A stretch of 63,534 nucleotides of DNA, filler included, from Bigelowiella natans CCMP2755 (GCA_000320545.1; 6 parts of 6 records of this genome joined end to end with filler, not necessarily neighbours in it), one strand, 5' to 3'; shown: positions 42,523-57,392, counted from the whole stretch's first letter. Translations and numbers: made by a program. Notes: generated by a model not told the origin, from the letters alone.

Positions 42523-43672
42523 CCTCCCTCTTACATACAGACACAAATACACAAGCATAAATAATTCGCACACGCCGTGCGCGCACTTATGCATGCACTT
42601 CAACAGACAACAGCGTAACCCCCGCCGCACAACACACATCCAAACTCAAACTCCTACCCCCCCCCCCCCTCTCCCGCACAGCTTCCCGGGACCAAAATAG
42701 GGTTCAAGCTGAAGCTGACGCAGTATAACGTCGTGCGAGGGGAGAGGGTGTACCTCACCGCAGGAAAGGTACGTGTTCTTTAGCATTCTCTACGGGTTGT
42801 GTTATTCAGAGAGTTGAGTGCTACCACTGGCGAGATGTAGATGACGCTCGTGCCAATGAAGAGTGGCCCTGCTCCAATAGTCGTGTATGTGCGTGCGTGT
42901 GTGCGTGCGTGCGTGGTGATTGCTCCTCCTTCGTGGATGATGGACCATTCCTCCCCGCCCTACTTAACTACTACTTAGGCGTCGCTTCCCGCGTTGTACA
43001 GCACTCTTTGCCTGGCCTTCCTCGTCGCCTTCGTTGTGTGGTGTATGTACCTCTGCAAGCACCACCAGGTAGTAGTAAATATACCGGATGATGACACAAT
43101 GGACGGTGCGCGATGATAGGAGCAATAATTAGGAGGACAATTTTTTTTCCTCCTTCCTCCCCCCTCCCGCCCTCTGCTCTGCTACTCTCCAAATGCGACG
43201 GCTCATGTGCCGAAGAGGTTGGGCGGGCCGGGCCGGCTGCCATTTTGAATGCACAATCGCTGGTTGCTTTCCTCCCCCTCACTAAACCCTTTCTTCTACA
43301 CACTATCAGTACGTCGTGACTATTCACTTGATGATGGGGCTGGTCGCTCTGTTCAAAGCGTGCACTCTCTTCTCAGAGGCATTTGAGTACCATGTAAGGA
43401 GAGAGAGAAAACGAGGAAATGCCGTTTTTGCCGTCTTAACCATCGCTGTATCGATTACTGCCATCATCACGATCATCATTATCACATCGCCTGAATCTCG
43501 TCGTCGTCATTATCGTCATCACGTCTCAACCCCATTACCGCTGTTATGTAATCACGTAACGTCATCATGTCCTGACTCCATTGCCACTTTGATTTAATCA
43601 TGCAGTGGCTGAAATCGACCGGGAAGCCGCACGGCTGGAACATTGCCTTCTACATATTCTCCTTTTTGAAAG
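40858..43672 (+). CDS. GPR107/GPR108-like (lung seven-transmembrane receptor, GOST family) protein; partial
   Basis: Signal peptide; DGRSVFHITSFGYEEGG; IKEPGTYHVYFSNC; LTQYN...YLTAGKASLPALY; IHLMMGLVALFKACTLFSEAFEYH; STGKPHGWNIAFYIFSFLK. Truncated by the gap. Confidence 0.88.
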
Positions 43673-43849
43673 GTGGGGGGGGGGGGGGTGNNNNNNNNNN
43701 NNNNNNNNNNNNNNNNNNNNNNNNNNNNNNNNNNTTAATTAATTAANNNNNNNNNNNNNNNNNNNNNNNNNNNNNNNNNNNNNNNNNNNNCGTTTTTTTT
43801 AGAAAGTGCATACAAACAGGCGAGCAGTTGCGAACCAATCATCTGTTGA

Positions 43850-45499
43850 CTCCTGGCGCTGTTAATTTTGGAAATATTCGGTATATATTTTGTGTGGTAG
43901 TTCGCGGTGCTGTATGCAGACATGCCATCATCAAATTCCGTCTCGAAGTCTCTCTATCGTCGTCGATGTTCTAGGCTTTTCATCTCAGGGCAATCCAAAG
44001 GACGGCGGCGACGTGTTGTGTTGTTGTTCTCTTCTTCCTTCGCTATCACCTTGCACAGAGGCCTCTCTCTTGGAGAGCCTGGCCAACTTCTTTGATGTCG
44101 CTCCTGTTGATGATACGTCTTCTTCTGCACCCGCCGCACAAGTAGTAACGGCAAACAACACAATGCACATACGCATACGAGCATGTCAGCTGAAGAAGAA
44201 AGCGATGTAGTGCGGTTTAAAGCAGATACAAATAACACACACACACACACGCACGCGCGCGTGCACACGCCCATTCCCTACCAATAGCTTCCTCCTCCTC
44301 GGATTGGTTCTCAACGATGAAAAACCACTTATCAACCTAAAGCACGTTGGGTTGATGAGAAAACAAATGAGGAGTTCCAGTTGGGGGGGGGGGGGGGGGG
44401 AACATTTGACTTCCGAAATATAGCAGATTTATTGGTAAATAGCACACAATATTTGGAGGGGATTCGATTCTTCATTGCACACACACACACACACACGTGT
44501 AGCAAGCAATACCACAGGAGTGCTGCAGGGGACTAGTTCCCGTAATTTACCTGATACACGTACATCGAATATGATATATTTTAGGTATTTACAAATGCAT
44601 GATCACAGCCATCATTCATGGGTTTGAGCTCCCACGCCACACACATCGTATCGTTTCGTTCAGGCACGCAAATATACTTCAAATGGATATACGCTATCAT
44701 CATATCTTCCCAAACAGCAGAGTTTGGAGGGGAGAGGGGGTAGGAGGGGGGGGGGGTTGTCGCGTGGTGCGCACCACGGAAGAGACGTACAGGAGAGCTT
44801 CGATCTGTACCGTAGAACAGTCACAAATCAACGGCACGAGCAGAAACAAGCGAGGGGGGGGGAGAGCGTTTGAAGAAAGAGGTATTTGTTAAGTATGCAT
44901 GCGTCCATTATCGAATAAATGGTGATGAGAAATCATCATGTTTTAGACGATATGATTTACCAAACGGATCCCATATTATGACGTCTCCCATGAGCGTAAT
45001 TCCATAGGCTCGATGATGATGATGATGATGCTGCTGCTGCCAAGAGGACTCCTTCGCGCCGCTTTCGTCGCTTGGAATCTGGGCAGAATTCCCACCGGAA
45101 AACATCCGCGCGAAGGGTTGTGAATGAAGATGCACGGGTTAGGACGAGAGAGGGATAAGCGGTTTGAAAGGAGAGGAGGGGGAGGAGGCCATCATGGAAA
45201 TATCGAGAGGATATGAGGTGTGAGAGAAATTCTATTGTTGATATGATTTCATCACCGCCACCACCATTAACATCATCATCATCATCATCCTCATTATCCT
45301 CATGCAAATGACTATCATCTTCCATGAAAACAAGCGTAACCGCCTACCTGCAGAGTGGCCAGAGAGACACACGGCTCCGAAGGATATTCGAGTGTTCTGT
45401 ATGCGACAGCACGTACAAGCAAATATTATATAATATATTTATGTATATATACACACAGAGAGACATATTGATATGAATTCAGATACACGTATGATAACA

Positions 45500-45557
<58 letters not shown>

Positions 45558-47048
45558 CTGACCTTGGCGATTTGAATTCCGTGAATCCCCCCCCACCCCC
45601 TCCTCCGCCTATTTTCGCTAGCGAGTAGCTTATTGCGTAGATGCATGTAGGAGTCAGTTTGTTAGGCACATAATGTGTCAATTGAATATGTTTAATAGAT
45701 CTGTGGGGAGTCGAGGACGGGGGGGGGCGGGGTTGCAGAGTGCTTATATTGTTTTGGTATCTTTAATGTGATAACGACATCGCTAATGCTAATTTGGCTG
45801 TTGGCCCTAGGCTTCAAACTGCAAATTAACACCAACCCCCCCCCCCCCCTCCCCACGACTAACGAGGTGAAATGAGGTTGGCGAGTGATTCTGATGATGG
45901 TAGTACGTACCCATGGTGCCTGAGATGTAGATCGTTCGCGCAGAGAAGATGACTCTCCTATCGATTCATATCATAGAGTGATGCGCATGGGGAGGAAGGT
46001 GGCGACGGACAGGGTGTAGAAGTAGTAATAGTGATAATCCAAAGCACACTAAAACAGCTTGGCTGTCGCTCAAAACGGATAATATCAGTACCAGTTGGTT
46101 TGGCGACGTGAGAAACACGAAGTCATTTAGGATCTCCCTCGAGTCAAACTCACCTGCCACTGAGCAGCAGCAGCAGCAGCAGTCACCACCACCAACACCA
46201 CCAATACCAAAACCAATACCCAATGATTTCACATTCATTGCCAGTTATCATCGATGACAAGCATGGGGTGCTGCTACTAGCACCTACATCTAAGATGGCA
46301 GCAGGAGGAGAAATTAGTAGCCTATGCTAGCAATCATTCTGTCGTCGTTCGGTCCCCACCCTCCTCCCCCCCCTCTTCCTATCTGCTTTGCTCGGCTCAC
46401 CCAGATTCAGTCGGATCTTCCTGATTTTGTCCAGTTTATACCCTCCTCCCCCCCCCCTTCCACCGCCGTCGTTGTCACTCTTATCCGAGAGAGTCTCCCT
46501 CCTTCCCTCCTTCTTCCACGTTATCACTAAATTTAGTGCAGTGTAGAAAACATTAGCATGGAGAAAGGGGGGGGGGATGAAGAAAGGGTTTTGTGAATTG
46601 CGAAGATAGGATTGGAAAAGGACTTATCTCCCCCCCTCTCTCTCTCCATCCATGTGTATGTGTATGTGTGTGCGTGTGCGTGTGCGTGGTGGCATTTATG
46701 AGTCCTCTCATCATTATCATCATCATCATCATCATCATCATTATCACCATCATCATCATTATCATCATCTATCATCATCATCCATATCCTTGATCTCACC
46801 GTAAATGGCAGGATTTGCCCCGGAGAGGCAAGCGCATAGTCCGCTATTGTCCCATTTTATCTGATGATGATGATGACTATGATGATGATGATGATGATGA
46901 TAATGATGATGGAGGAGAGGTGTCAATGGTAATGAAGCGTGCTTTGTTTTGTCGCAGCAGCAGCGATAAGGGAGAAGCAACCGTAATGATGATCTCTGCT
47001 CGATGGAGAAAGGGTGAATATGCTTCCCCACAGTGTTTGTAGAACCAT

Positions 47049-47085
<37 letters not shown>

Positions 47086-47917
47086 CGTGTGTGTGCGTGT
47101 GCGTGTGCGTGTTTGTGTGTGTGTTTGTGTGTGTGTGTGTCTGTGCACGGTAGACAGTAATAATATGGGCATGACGAATATCGATGATTTATGTATGGTT
47201 GGACGAAACAACCCGACCTTGGTGATTGCGTGGTGAGAAGGATCGTTCTTTTGCTCCACCTTCCCCATCGCGTACTCAGTCCCTTTGGTAAGTGTGTGCG
47301 TAAGAGGAATTGGCGGGGAGATGAGAGGGGGGAAGGGGGATGGTAATTCGTATATCATCCTTTCAAATCATCGACTTTTGATGATGCTGAGAAAGGCACA
47401 AGCAAGCCCCACATACTATACGAAGACGAAGTCTCCCCCCCCCCCCCCCCTCCCCACCGCCTCTTTCTCCCAGTCTCTTTCATGGAACCCATATTACCGT
47501 TCACTGCATGCATCAGCTTAAAATAGCCTCCGAATGTTCCTTGGTGGAGGGAGACATGGCGCGACATTAACGATTATTTTATCAAGATGATAATGATGAA
47601 GATGAGGAGGAGGAGGAGGAGGAGAACTAAGGGTATTTTCAATAGGCAATAAATAATACCTACAAGCACCAACGAGGGGTCTTTTGGATGGAACGCTAAC
47701 GCTGCGACTGAGTCTTTCATGCGAACCACCTGCATTTTCGCCACAAACACAGTAGAAGAAGAGGAAGAAGAAGAAGAAGATGAAGAAGAAGAAAAGCGCA
47801 CACAGCACACATGTGTCCCGTCATAACACCATACACACACACACACACGCTGCATCCATGTTAATAATACGCTATTGGTACGGTATTCTGTGTATATGTG
47901 AGTGCAATAATATATAT

Positions 47918-47955
<38 letters not shown>

Positions 47956-48020
47956 GTAAGTTAGAGAGGGGAGTTTGTATATCAGCGTTGTTACGAATAT
48001 CGTAGTCGGTCTATACTACG

Positions 48021-48068
<48 letters not shown>

Positions 48069-48917
48069 TTGTGTGTGTGTGTTTATGTCGTTAGTCATTG
48101 CACATCTTGCAAAACTGACCCTAATCCTTGTGAAAAGAGAACCTCGAATCGCACCATCCTCCCCCCCCTCTCCCTGCTGCAGCTGCTGCTGCTGTTTACT
48201 CCCCGGTATACCGACCCACTCCCCCGCCTGCTCAATTTCCATGGCATCACCGTCGTTGTCCGCCCCCCCGTTGTTTTTACTGCGGGGGGAGGGGGCATGG
48301 TGCTCAGACGACGCGTGTTTATTGCTGCTATTGGTATTGTTTGAGGTATTGCTGCTTTGCTTGGAGCTGCCCCCTCCATTGCTGTTGTTGTTGGTCCGAG
48401 CTCTCTTGACACCCTTCCCACATTTCCGTGCGGTGCCGCTGCGTCCTATTATGCATGCATATATGTATATTGTTATATGTATCCTATTTAATCTGGTTAA
48501 GTGCGAGTATGATCACCAAGGACGATCATGCAGTTATAATTGCCGCTCTATTTTTTCAAATCTAAAATTTCTCTATCCGCCCGCCCACGTCCTGTTCTTA
48601 ACTCCAAGGTAGGAGAAAGGAGGAAGGGGGGGGAGGGGTGGGGAGGGGGGATGGAATCTGCATTCCTGCACTAATTATCAAAATCCAACCGGCGCGCCAA
48701 ACAACATTTACGAAATAACAATTACACATTGTAGTATGCGTGATGCGATTACGTGGTGGTTTAGTGCCTCCACCACCAAGCTTGTAAGGGGCGGTTCCAT
48801 TTCTCCCAGAATAGTGCTGGCCAGCACTGTTCATAGGAGGCGATGACGAACGCCGCGCCACGGACAACTTCAAACCTTTCACCTCCTGCTCGTATTCGAA
48901 CCTGGTGTATTTCATTG

Positions 48918-48969
<52 letters not shown>

Positions 48970-49907
48970 AAAAGTAATGCAAGAATGGCAGTCACCCCAT
49001 ATATTGATGTATCTACTTTGCTGTGCACAGAGCTGACGAAATGTAATCGTAAACCAAACTGCCAACCCCCCTCCTCTCTCTTCTTGTTTTCCCGTTTCCC
49101 GTTTCAATCATATTCTGGTTTCGTCGTCTTCGTTCGCTACTCACTTGAGTGCAAGAGACGAATGATCTAGGATCTTTAACAACAACTCGCTGAGAAGGCG
49201 CCGCTGCGACCGAATGCCTGCAGAGCAGGGAGGCACATCACATCACAACGATCATTGACATTAAATAGAGGACGACACGTAGAAAGTCCACGTGATTCGT
49301 AAGGGATAACTCGTGAATGGTGGTGATGCGTGTGTAACGGGTGGAGGCTAATAAAGTACTTCCTCGCAAGCACGTCATCTCTTTCTGCTCTTCCTTTGTC
49401 ATAACCAGTAAATCACTAAAGTTGTGGATCAAATCGTAGGTTTTGTCCAGCCCTGAGAGAGGGGGGGGGGGGGGGGGGTGGGGGGAGAATATATTTTACT
49501 ATTTATCAATGTCCCCAAAACCAACCAAACACCATCGTCCCAGCGCCCTCTCTTAATCACTAGGGATGGCATGCTCGGGAAGTTACTAGCTGACCGATAT
49601 CCTCCCCTTTGAACACGGTTCGATTCAATAGAATAATAGGTTTCAACTTGTCCACGAAGAACTTTCTGGGGCACTGAAATGGCGAGTAGTCACGTATGGT
49701 GGTGGTGATGATGATGATGATGGTGATTTTAGTGCTGCAGCATGGCTTGGGTCTCGCATAATTCGTTTTGAATGTATTGCAAAAGAAAAAATGATTTGAT
49801 TGAGAGATTGAGATGCTGGGCAAATTTTTACCCCATATAAACCCATCGGCAGTGTGTTGGTTGATCGAAGGAAAGGGTTGATGAATCCCCCCCCCCTCCC
49901 CTCCCCG

Positions 49908-49956
<49 letters not shown>

Positions 49957-50986
49957 GTGCGTGAGTCCGTTGGGAAGTGTTTCATTTCGCTTACAGATTC
50001 TTCATTCGGATCTCGCAGCAGTTCCATAAACTGTTGCTTCCTGGTAATATCAGATATATACATTGCCATGCCGTGAGTGCTGCGGGTGCGATTGTGCAAG
50101 TCGCCGACTGTGAACTTCTCTCCGTGCGAATTGCGAAACAGTGGGTAGATAGTATGAACGTATTGAAGCGTTGTAGAAAAAACGCAGGAGGCGCACCTGA
50201 GTTCGAAGATAATGTTCAGAGCGACGAGGTTCTCTTTCGGCTTGAGGAACGCCGCAGCATAGTCCACCGCCTGAGCGCATATTGCAATGGTGTGCTCTAC
50301 GTCTTTACATGTGCGCTCGTGCATTTGTCATCACCTCATCAAAGTTTCCATCGTTAATCGACTTGATGAAGTGGTCGCTATCGAACGTTAGCCGTCTCCC
50401 AACCTCCTTCTCAAAACTGTTGAGTTTTTTTTTGGGGAGGGGGGGGGGGGAGGAGAAGGGGGGAAGTGAATCGAAACTATGTACAGAGGAACACTGGCGA
50501 ATTGAAAGAGGAAGGCCATAAATTCAATCTCAGATATCGAGAAGGCTGCATCATGTGATAGATGACGAAGGAGTGGGAACAGTGAAACATGATCGAAATC
50601 TTCAACGATAGTATTTTTTTAGAATGTAAGATGTCGCCTAGGTAGTTGCTCATGATAATTTGCGACCAAGAATCGTTTATATCGAATAATCAATGGCAGC
50701 ACGACGACGACGATCGACTGTGACTGGTGCGTTAATCATCTCCTCATTTGTCATACGAATTCCATATTGGGTACCAATAAGAATCCAAAAAAGAGCGGAG
50801 TATAGCAATATACTCGAGCGTAAAACGTTTTATGAATCGTATCGAAAATAAGAACATCGACGGGAGTGCGACTCTTGACGAGTCTCCGCGTCGCGAAGTC
50901 TCAAACACATACCATTTTGCTGTTCTCTCGAATCCATGATCCCGCAGAAAGCAATGTACCAGACGTAGCTTCTCGTCGCTCATCAT
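43850..50986 (-). CDS. TOPLESS-like LisH-CTLH-WD40 protein; multi-exon, 3' end uncertain
   Basis: MMSDEKLRLVHCFLRDHGFERTAKCFEKEVGRRLTFDSDHFIKSINDGNFDEAVDYAAAFLKPKENLVALNIIFELRKQQFMELL aligns by eye with the TPL/TPR LisH-CTLH segment (...FEIRKQKYLEAL). Later exons look like WD40 strands (DSVAALAFHPKDPSLVLVG; GDVIIWDP). Confidence 0.7.
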
Positions 50987-51479
50987 CAGAATGATAGTTT
51001 CAGAGCCCCACTACGTGTCTATCGGTGTCCGGCGCGGCAGAGGGGTGGCGCTTCGTTTTGAGAGGTGTGACGTGAAGGGCTAAGGTACGAGAGAAAAGGT
51101 GAAGAGGGCCATGAAAACTCGCTTCGAGTAGTTTCTCAGGAACGACTGAATCATACTGTTGTCGCAGCAAGAAATCTTTCGATATTTTTAGTCAGATGCC
51201 AGACTCCACCACTTCATTTAACTGCGACTCGTAGGAAGTTGCGCGGAGGAACTCCTTTGAACTCCTGGTAAAAAGGTCCCTGCGACTAGCTACGGAATCG
51301 ACAGAAGTCAGGGGTAAGCCAGCATGCGACAAGTGAAAGTAACAACATTTTTGTCATCTCAATCTTGAATCTTCGTCAAGAGCCACACTCACGAACGAAC
51401 ACGACTCTTCAGCCTTGAATCTTGCTTGGGGATTGGGGATGGGGGGCGTTGAAATTGTGCATTAGCTGAGGAGAGCGTG

Positions 51480-52260
51480 GATGAGTCAACACGTTCGTGC
51501 GTCCGATGATCTTTTGAGGTGGCTAGCAGTTCAGCAGGTGCCATTGGAATCACTTCGTTTGTCCATTCATGTCGAATTGTCATCAATGTTTCAATGTTTT
51601 GCAATGTTTCACTTGTTGGACGTCGTTGAGGGTGCGGATATAGATCACAGTGTCACTTCATTATTGATCATTTCACCACTCTAGCACTGCTAGCTTGACT
51701 GCCTCCTGGCCTCAATGCAATGACGTGACGTTCCGTGTGCAGTCAGCGGTTTGCCCTTGTTGTCTAGCAGTCGCCTCGCGATCACTAGATCAGACTAGCT
51801 AGCTAGTCATGACTGGGCTCGCGTTTGCGCGATCGACGGAAATGCAAACGATGCACATCAAATCACGCAATCACAATGTTGGCACGCATCGCACCTGGCT
51901 AGCTGGCTAGCTGGCAGTGCACGGATGCCAATGATCAGTGATGACCACATGCAAGCATCAATGCAAATCATGAAATTACGCACGTGCACGCGCACACGAT
52001 CTGTGAAAAACAACTTTGGAATTGTGCAAGCAAGTGACAATCACTGATCTTCTAGATTTTGGCCATGTCGCACTGCGGCCCTCTCTAGCTCTTGCGAGCT
52101 GCGGCCAACAATTTTACAAATTGTCCGAAAGTTAATCCACCTGTTCAACAACACAGACAGCTCAATTTGGTGTGGAAATGCCAACATTTTGAAATCTTCA
52201 TCATTTTGCGATCAACATGTTGAGATCTTCTTGACACCTGATGCACTAGCGGTTTCGTCA
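51480..52260. other. TpA-depleted intergenic tract 3
   Basis: Hand count: 19 TA in 51481-52260, of which 13 are in CTAG. Confidence 0.9.
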
Positions 52261-52378
52261 CAAAAACTATCGAAAACGTTCGAGGCCTGCGTTTCGACAG
52301 TTTATACATATCAAAATGTGCGCGGCAATGCATACCCACGTGACCACATACACAACCAACTAGTGAACTCGTGAATCA

Positions 52379-53149
52379 TCACACATAACCGAATGTGTCC
52401 CACAAAATGCTCACCTGTTCATCAGTAACATTTATCTCCAAAAGATCCATGGACAGTAGAAACTTTCCTTTGGTCAGTTTTTTCTTACCTTTCATAAAGG
52501 TGCTCATATAAGCATATAAAATAAAGCAACCGCAACAGCACCACCAACAACATTTCGCTGCATTTTGAGAAACTAGAAAAAAACAATCTGAAAATGCGGG
52601 AGAGTACATATAAATATCTCGCACTACAATACCCCCGGCGATTTCCCGAAACGTGTTTTGCAAGCCTCCACGTGCGTATACAGCTTCAGAGATCTCCGAA
52701 AGAATATCTACATGAAGACCAAATATAAGTGATATGAGGCAAACCATCAACAAAAATCTACAGTGTTCTTACAGCATATAAATAACAAACATTTCTTGCA
52801 TAGAAACAAGTGTATAGTTACGAAAACCTTCTCTTTTCCTCTCCCGACGCTGTCTCTCTTGCTCCCTGAGCCGATTCTCCTCTTTCTTCATCGCATCGAT
52901 CTTTAAGCAACATGTTCAATATTAGTTTTATGCAATTCTGCTTTTCAGGAAAAATGTTACTATACCCTGAGATCGTCAGCTTCAATCTGTCTCCGAAGTT
53001 CTGCCAAGCGCCAGATTTTGCGCTGTTGTTCCTTGCGCTTTAGAATCTTTACAACAGTGTAATCACTTAAGTGATTTCTTCACCACTTCAAGTTTGGTTC
53101 GATGATTTTTTCATTGTCTCTTCTAGGTTCTAGTGCATGCGCTAACTTA

Positions 53150-53190
<41 letters not shown>

Positions 53191-53707
53191 TCCTGTCCCC
53201 CACCGTGTCGTCGGTTTCGCCAGCCCAATCTATCACCGATGGCCTTAAATATGAAAGATATACTACCATTCAGTAATAAAATTGATATGCGCCCGCGTTA
53301 GCTTGAGCGTGACAGCATATACCATCACCTTGCTTTCCTTTGTTCCGACTGATTGCCCATGTGCCTCTTCTTCTGTGATGATGATTGAATAATCGTCCCC
53401 CTCCTCCCTTGGCTCACGAATTCCTACAGAGAAACACACGTCAAAGCGCTTTCGTATCGGAATGCTGCTGTCGAAATGTGTCTGCGATTAGGCGTGTTTT
53501 GATGCACTATCAGCTAAACAGAAGCTGCCCAAGAAATTCACTCACACCTGAAACTCCGCCATTGTCATAAATCCTGGCTTGGAATTGCAATAACTCTCCA
53601 AAAGCCGTACAAAACTGCACAGCGGACCATAGAAACACCGATCAAATATTTTGCTAGTAGGGCGCATGATGACGTACATATTTAGATATAGATATTTGTA
53701 GATATAT

Positions 53708-53746
<39 letters not shown>

Positions 53747-53748
53747 TA

Positions 53749-53804
<56 letters not shown>

Positions 53805-54385
53805 TATACATTTATGAAAGAGCAAATTAATTAAGGGGGAAAAGGCTGTTTCATTCTTGAGGACGAATAAGAAAGTGTCGTACCCGAGGTTTTGGATTAC
53901 ATGCTCGCTGAGTCCCAGATCAGCCAAACCTGCTAGCAATTGAGGTACAGCCAACGCGGACTGGGAGCGATCCCGTGTAAACTCCAAGTATATCTGCCTG
54001 GGCGTGCCGAAGCAATTGAGCTTTTGCATTATCTATCACATTATCATGGCAAGGATTGAATGAGAATCGGCGGAAATCGAGGAATGACGGGTCACAAATG
54101 TAGCTTGAAAGAGGAGTTCTAGGCTACTGTTAGAAACAGGGCTGAGCTTTACCTCTTTCACATCAGCGCTCCTCTCGAAGGAGGGCTCTTCATGGTAGGA
54201 CTGTTCGCTTGACATCTGTTTTGCTCCTTCTCCATATGTCACCATCTGTCGCATGTGAATTACGTGATTCTCACGTCGACGTCGTCCAAGTAAATGCCAC
54301 TACTCCTCTCTTTCTATCTGCCACTCTCATCTTTTCTTTACCCCTCATTCCGTCTCTTTCCAGGAGAGTTTTGCGATATTCTATA

Positions 54386-54424
<39 letters not shown>

Positions 54425-54660
54425 GATACCGGAAGATCGAAGAAACGAACGAAGTCTTTATGTGAGAGGCTCCGATCAAAACCCCAATTCTCACACAGTT
54501 TCGCCAACGCCTCCGGCTTCTCTCTGACTCCTTCCCTTGCTAGGAATTTTGCCAGCTAGGCGTGCAAAGAGCACAACATCATTCGAAGGGCAGGAAGCAC
54601 ACAGGTTTTAAGTTATCAGGGGCATTATGAGTGGACACTATGTGATGCGAGCGCGCGCAT

Positions 54661-54691
<31 letters not shown>

Positions 54692-54697
54692 CACGGC

Positions 54698-54746
<49 letters not shown>

Positions 54747-56305
54747 AAGTTAGCCAAACGTGCACACCTGCAGCAATGGCACAGAGTGGCCGTCCCTAGA
54801 AAGCTCTTGAAACAACTGCCTCATCGCCTTAAATACCAGGGGAAAACGTGGATTTCAGTTGGGTAGTCATCATTATTCGCTGCCAAAAACACACACCGCC
54901 TTTTCAAAAAAATGCATCAACCAAATGCTTTGGCGATGTGAACGTGTGTCTGGCCATGTCAAGACACTGTTCGTCGCCCTTAAGCTTCTTTTTACCTGGA
55001 ACCCTTCTGATGCAGCCTATCCCTCACCTTGCATAACATGGAAAGGCGGGGGGGGGGGGGGGGGGGGGGTATTGCACATATATCTCACATTTAGCCGTAT
55101 GTCATTCGCACAGCTGCCAGCTCACAAACTCTCACAGCGACCTCTCGAGAAAGACACCAACACCTCAAAAAGGTGTGGCAATTACCATGTATATAGCCCT
55201 TTTATGCTGCAGCTCAAGATCGTCGTCCCCTCCCCTGATCGCACGGGAGCTCTCGCCTCTCCCAACGTTCTTTCGGCCATTCCATGCTTCGCTGTAGGTA
55301 AGCTGAGACACGGATTTTCCTCTCTGCAATGTCATTGGTGTTATTGCCATCGTCATCATCATCACCATCATCATCATCATCGTCATCATTTTCATCGTTG
55401 TCTTCCCAATATTCAATCAAAAATGGGAAAAAACAGTAGTGCGACTGGGCTGTCTTCTTCCTCGTAAAAACCCCACATATATGGAAGCTGCGCGTGATGA
55501 TGATGTGCTGAGCGCGGGGAGTCGAGCATAACTCCGCAACATAGCAAGGGTAGGAACAGAGAAAGGGATGCATCTTCTCGCCTTTGCCGTCGTCCAGAAA
55601 TCCTCTGCGTTCCGCAAGAATTTCTTGTAATCGAAAGCCTTATGTATTATCGTTAAGATGCAAAAGCGCGTGAGCATCAGCACTGATCTCAGGGTGAAAC
55701 CAACAACATCACACGCACCAGCGTGCGAGACGATGACACAAACTATACCTTCTCATCATCCAAGTGCCGATACGTGTTTAGGAGACAGGCTATTTCATTA
55801 TCTGAAAGGGAAACGCCTATTGCTGCTACTACCGACCGAAGCTGATTGGGGGGGGGGGGGGGGAGAGATGCGGATATTAAATCAGAAAGAGGTTCGGACT
55901 TCAGAAGCAAGTCTTAAGATAATGATTGAATCTATGAAAATAAACAAAAACGTAAATGCACACGTACACCACGAGGAGAGGTGAGTTGTCTTCACCTGTC
56001 CTTCGTTGATATGCCCTGAGTTCTCCAAGTCGCACCGCATGAAAATATTGCCACCTGCAGCAGCAAGCAACAGCAAACAACACAACGGGCAATAAATGAA
56101 GGGACCGGAGAACAACAGTTATAACAAATGCATATCGTATGATATATAAATACACTACTTAAATATATACTACTACCGCTACTGCGACTACTACTATGCG
56201 AGTCTTCGGTGCTAGGTTTCTTACAACTCGTACCTAGGCCCTTCGTCTCCATTTTGTCGAATAATAAGGCTTCGATTTCCTCAACATCATACACTGAATA
56301 TCATA

Positions 56306-56343
<38 letters not shown>

Positions 56344-56376
56344 CGCGCGCACGCAAACACAAACATAAATATTACA

Positions 56377-56414
<38 letters not shown>

Positions 56415-56494
56415 TAAAATTCGTATTTTGAAGCTTACCACACTCCCCCCTCTCCCCATCCACCCTCTTACTGCTCTCTCAGCAACGTCTGATG

Positions 56495-56545
<51 letters not shown>

Positions 56546-57095
56546 TCACCCTGTTGCGCCGAACTCTCTTCGGCGCTGCTATCTCCACCCTCTCGAAGAG
56601 CAGCGATCTCGTGCTTCTTTTTCCGCCTCCGGTGAAAGCGAGAGGAGTCCGTCCTCCTACGTACATACACATGGCATTGTCGACCAGTAAGAACGCGCGC
56701 CACGAAACCTCGCAGTCCTGAAAACGTGAGCGCTTCAAATTGAAAGGTTTATTGTTGTTGTTTATTACCACGAATGCGAGGAGGACGTGACATGCAGCCT
56801 AGGCTCTGGGTTCATAATTTCGTCGTCTGAGTCGTCCCACCCCCAAGCTCGCTCACGGATTAGATGGTAGGCGCCCTTTGGGGTAGCATCATCGCTGACG
56901 CGTCGGCGTCGTTGCAGTTCTTCGGCCTGGGGGGGTTAGAGAAGTTTTTTTTGCTGGTGAGAGGCTTGTTTTTTGTACGATGTTCACAACAGAGTGGTGG
57001 TGGTGGTGGTGGTGATGATGATGATGATGATGCGGGTCTAAGCAACATGCACGCCATCCGCGACAATTCACGCACGCATGCGCGCGTGCATGCAC

Positions 57096-57142
<47 letters not shown>

Positions 57143-57230
57143 GTGTAGCACGTGTCGTCAGTAGTACCCTTGTCTTCGAGCTGCCACCATGAATGACTCG
57201 ATGTTTAGTCATCTCTGTTGAACAAGAGAT
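52379..57230 (-). CDS. Large protein with several degenerate EF-hand-like segments and coiled coil; multi-exon, partial
   Basis: Exons such as IFMRCDLENSGHINE, FDYKKFL, WGFDRSLSHKDFVRFF, LTKGKFLLSMDLLEINVTDEQVSILWDTFG, RILKRKEQQRKIWRLAELRRQIE. Both ends are uncertain and the 5' end runs into the gap. Confidence 0.55.
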
Positions 57231-57392
57231 ACACCAACGACGTGGGGAGTTAGGTAGGGTTCGTGACGATGATGATGATGATGATGCTGATCNNNNNNNN
57301 NNNNNNNNNNNNNNNNNNNNNNNNNNNNNNNNNNNNTTAATTAATTAANNNNNNNNNNNNNNNNNNNNNNNNNNNNNNNNNNNNNNNNNNNN

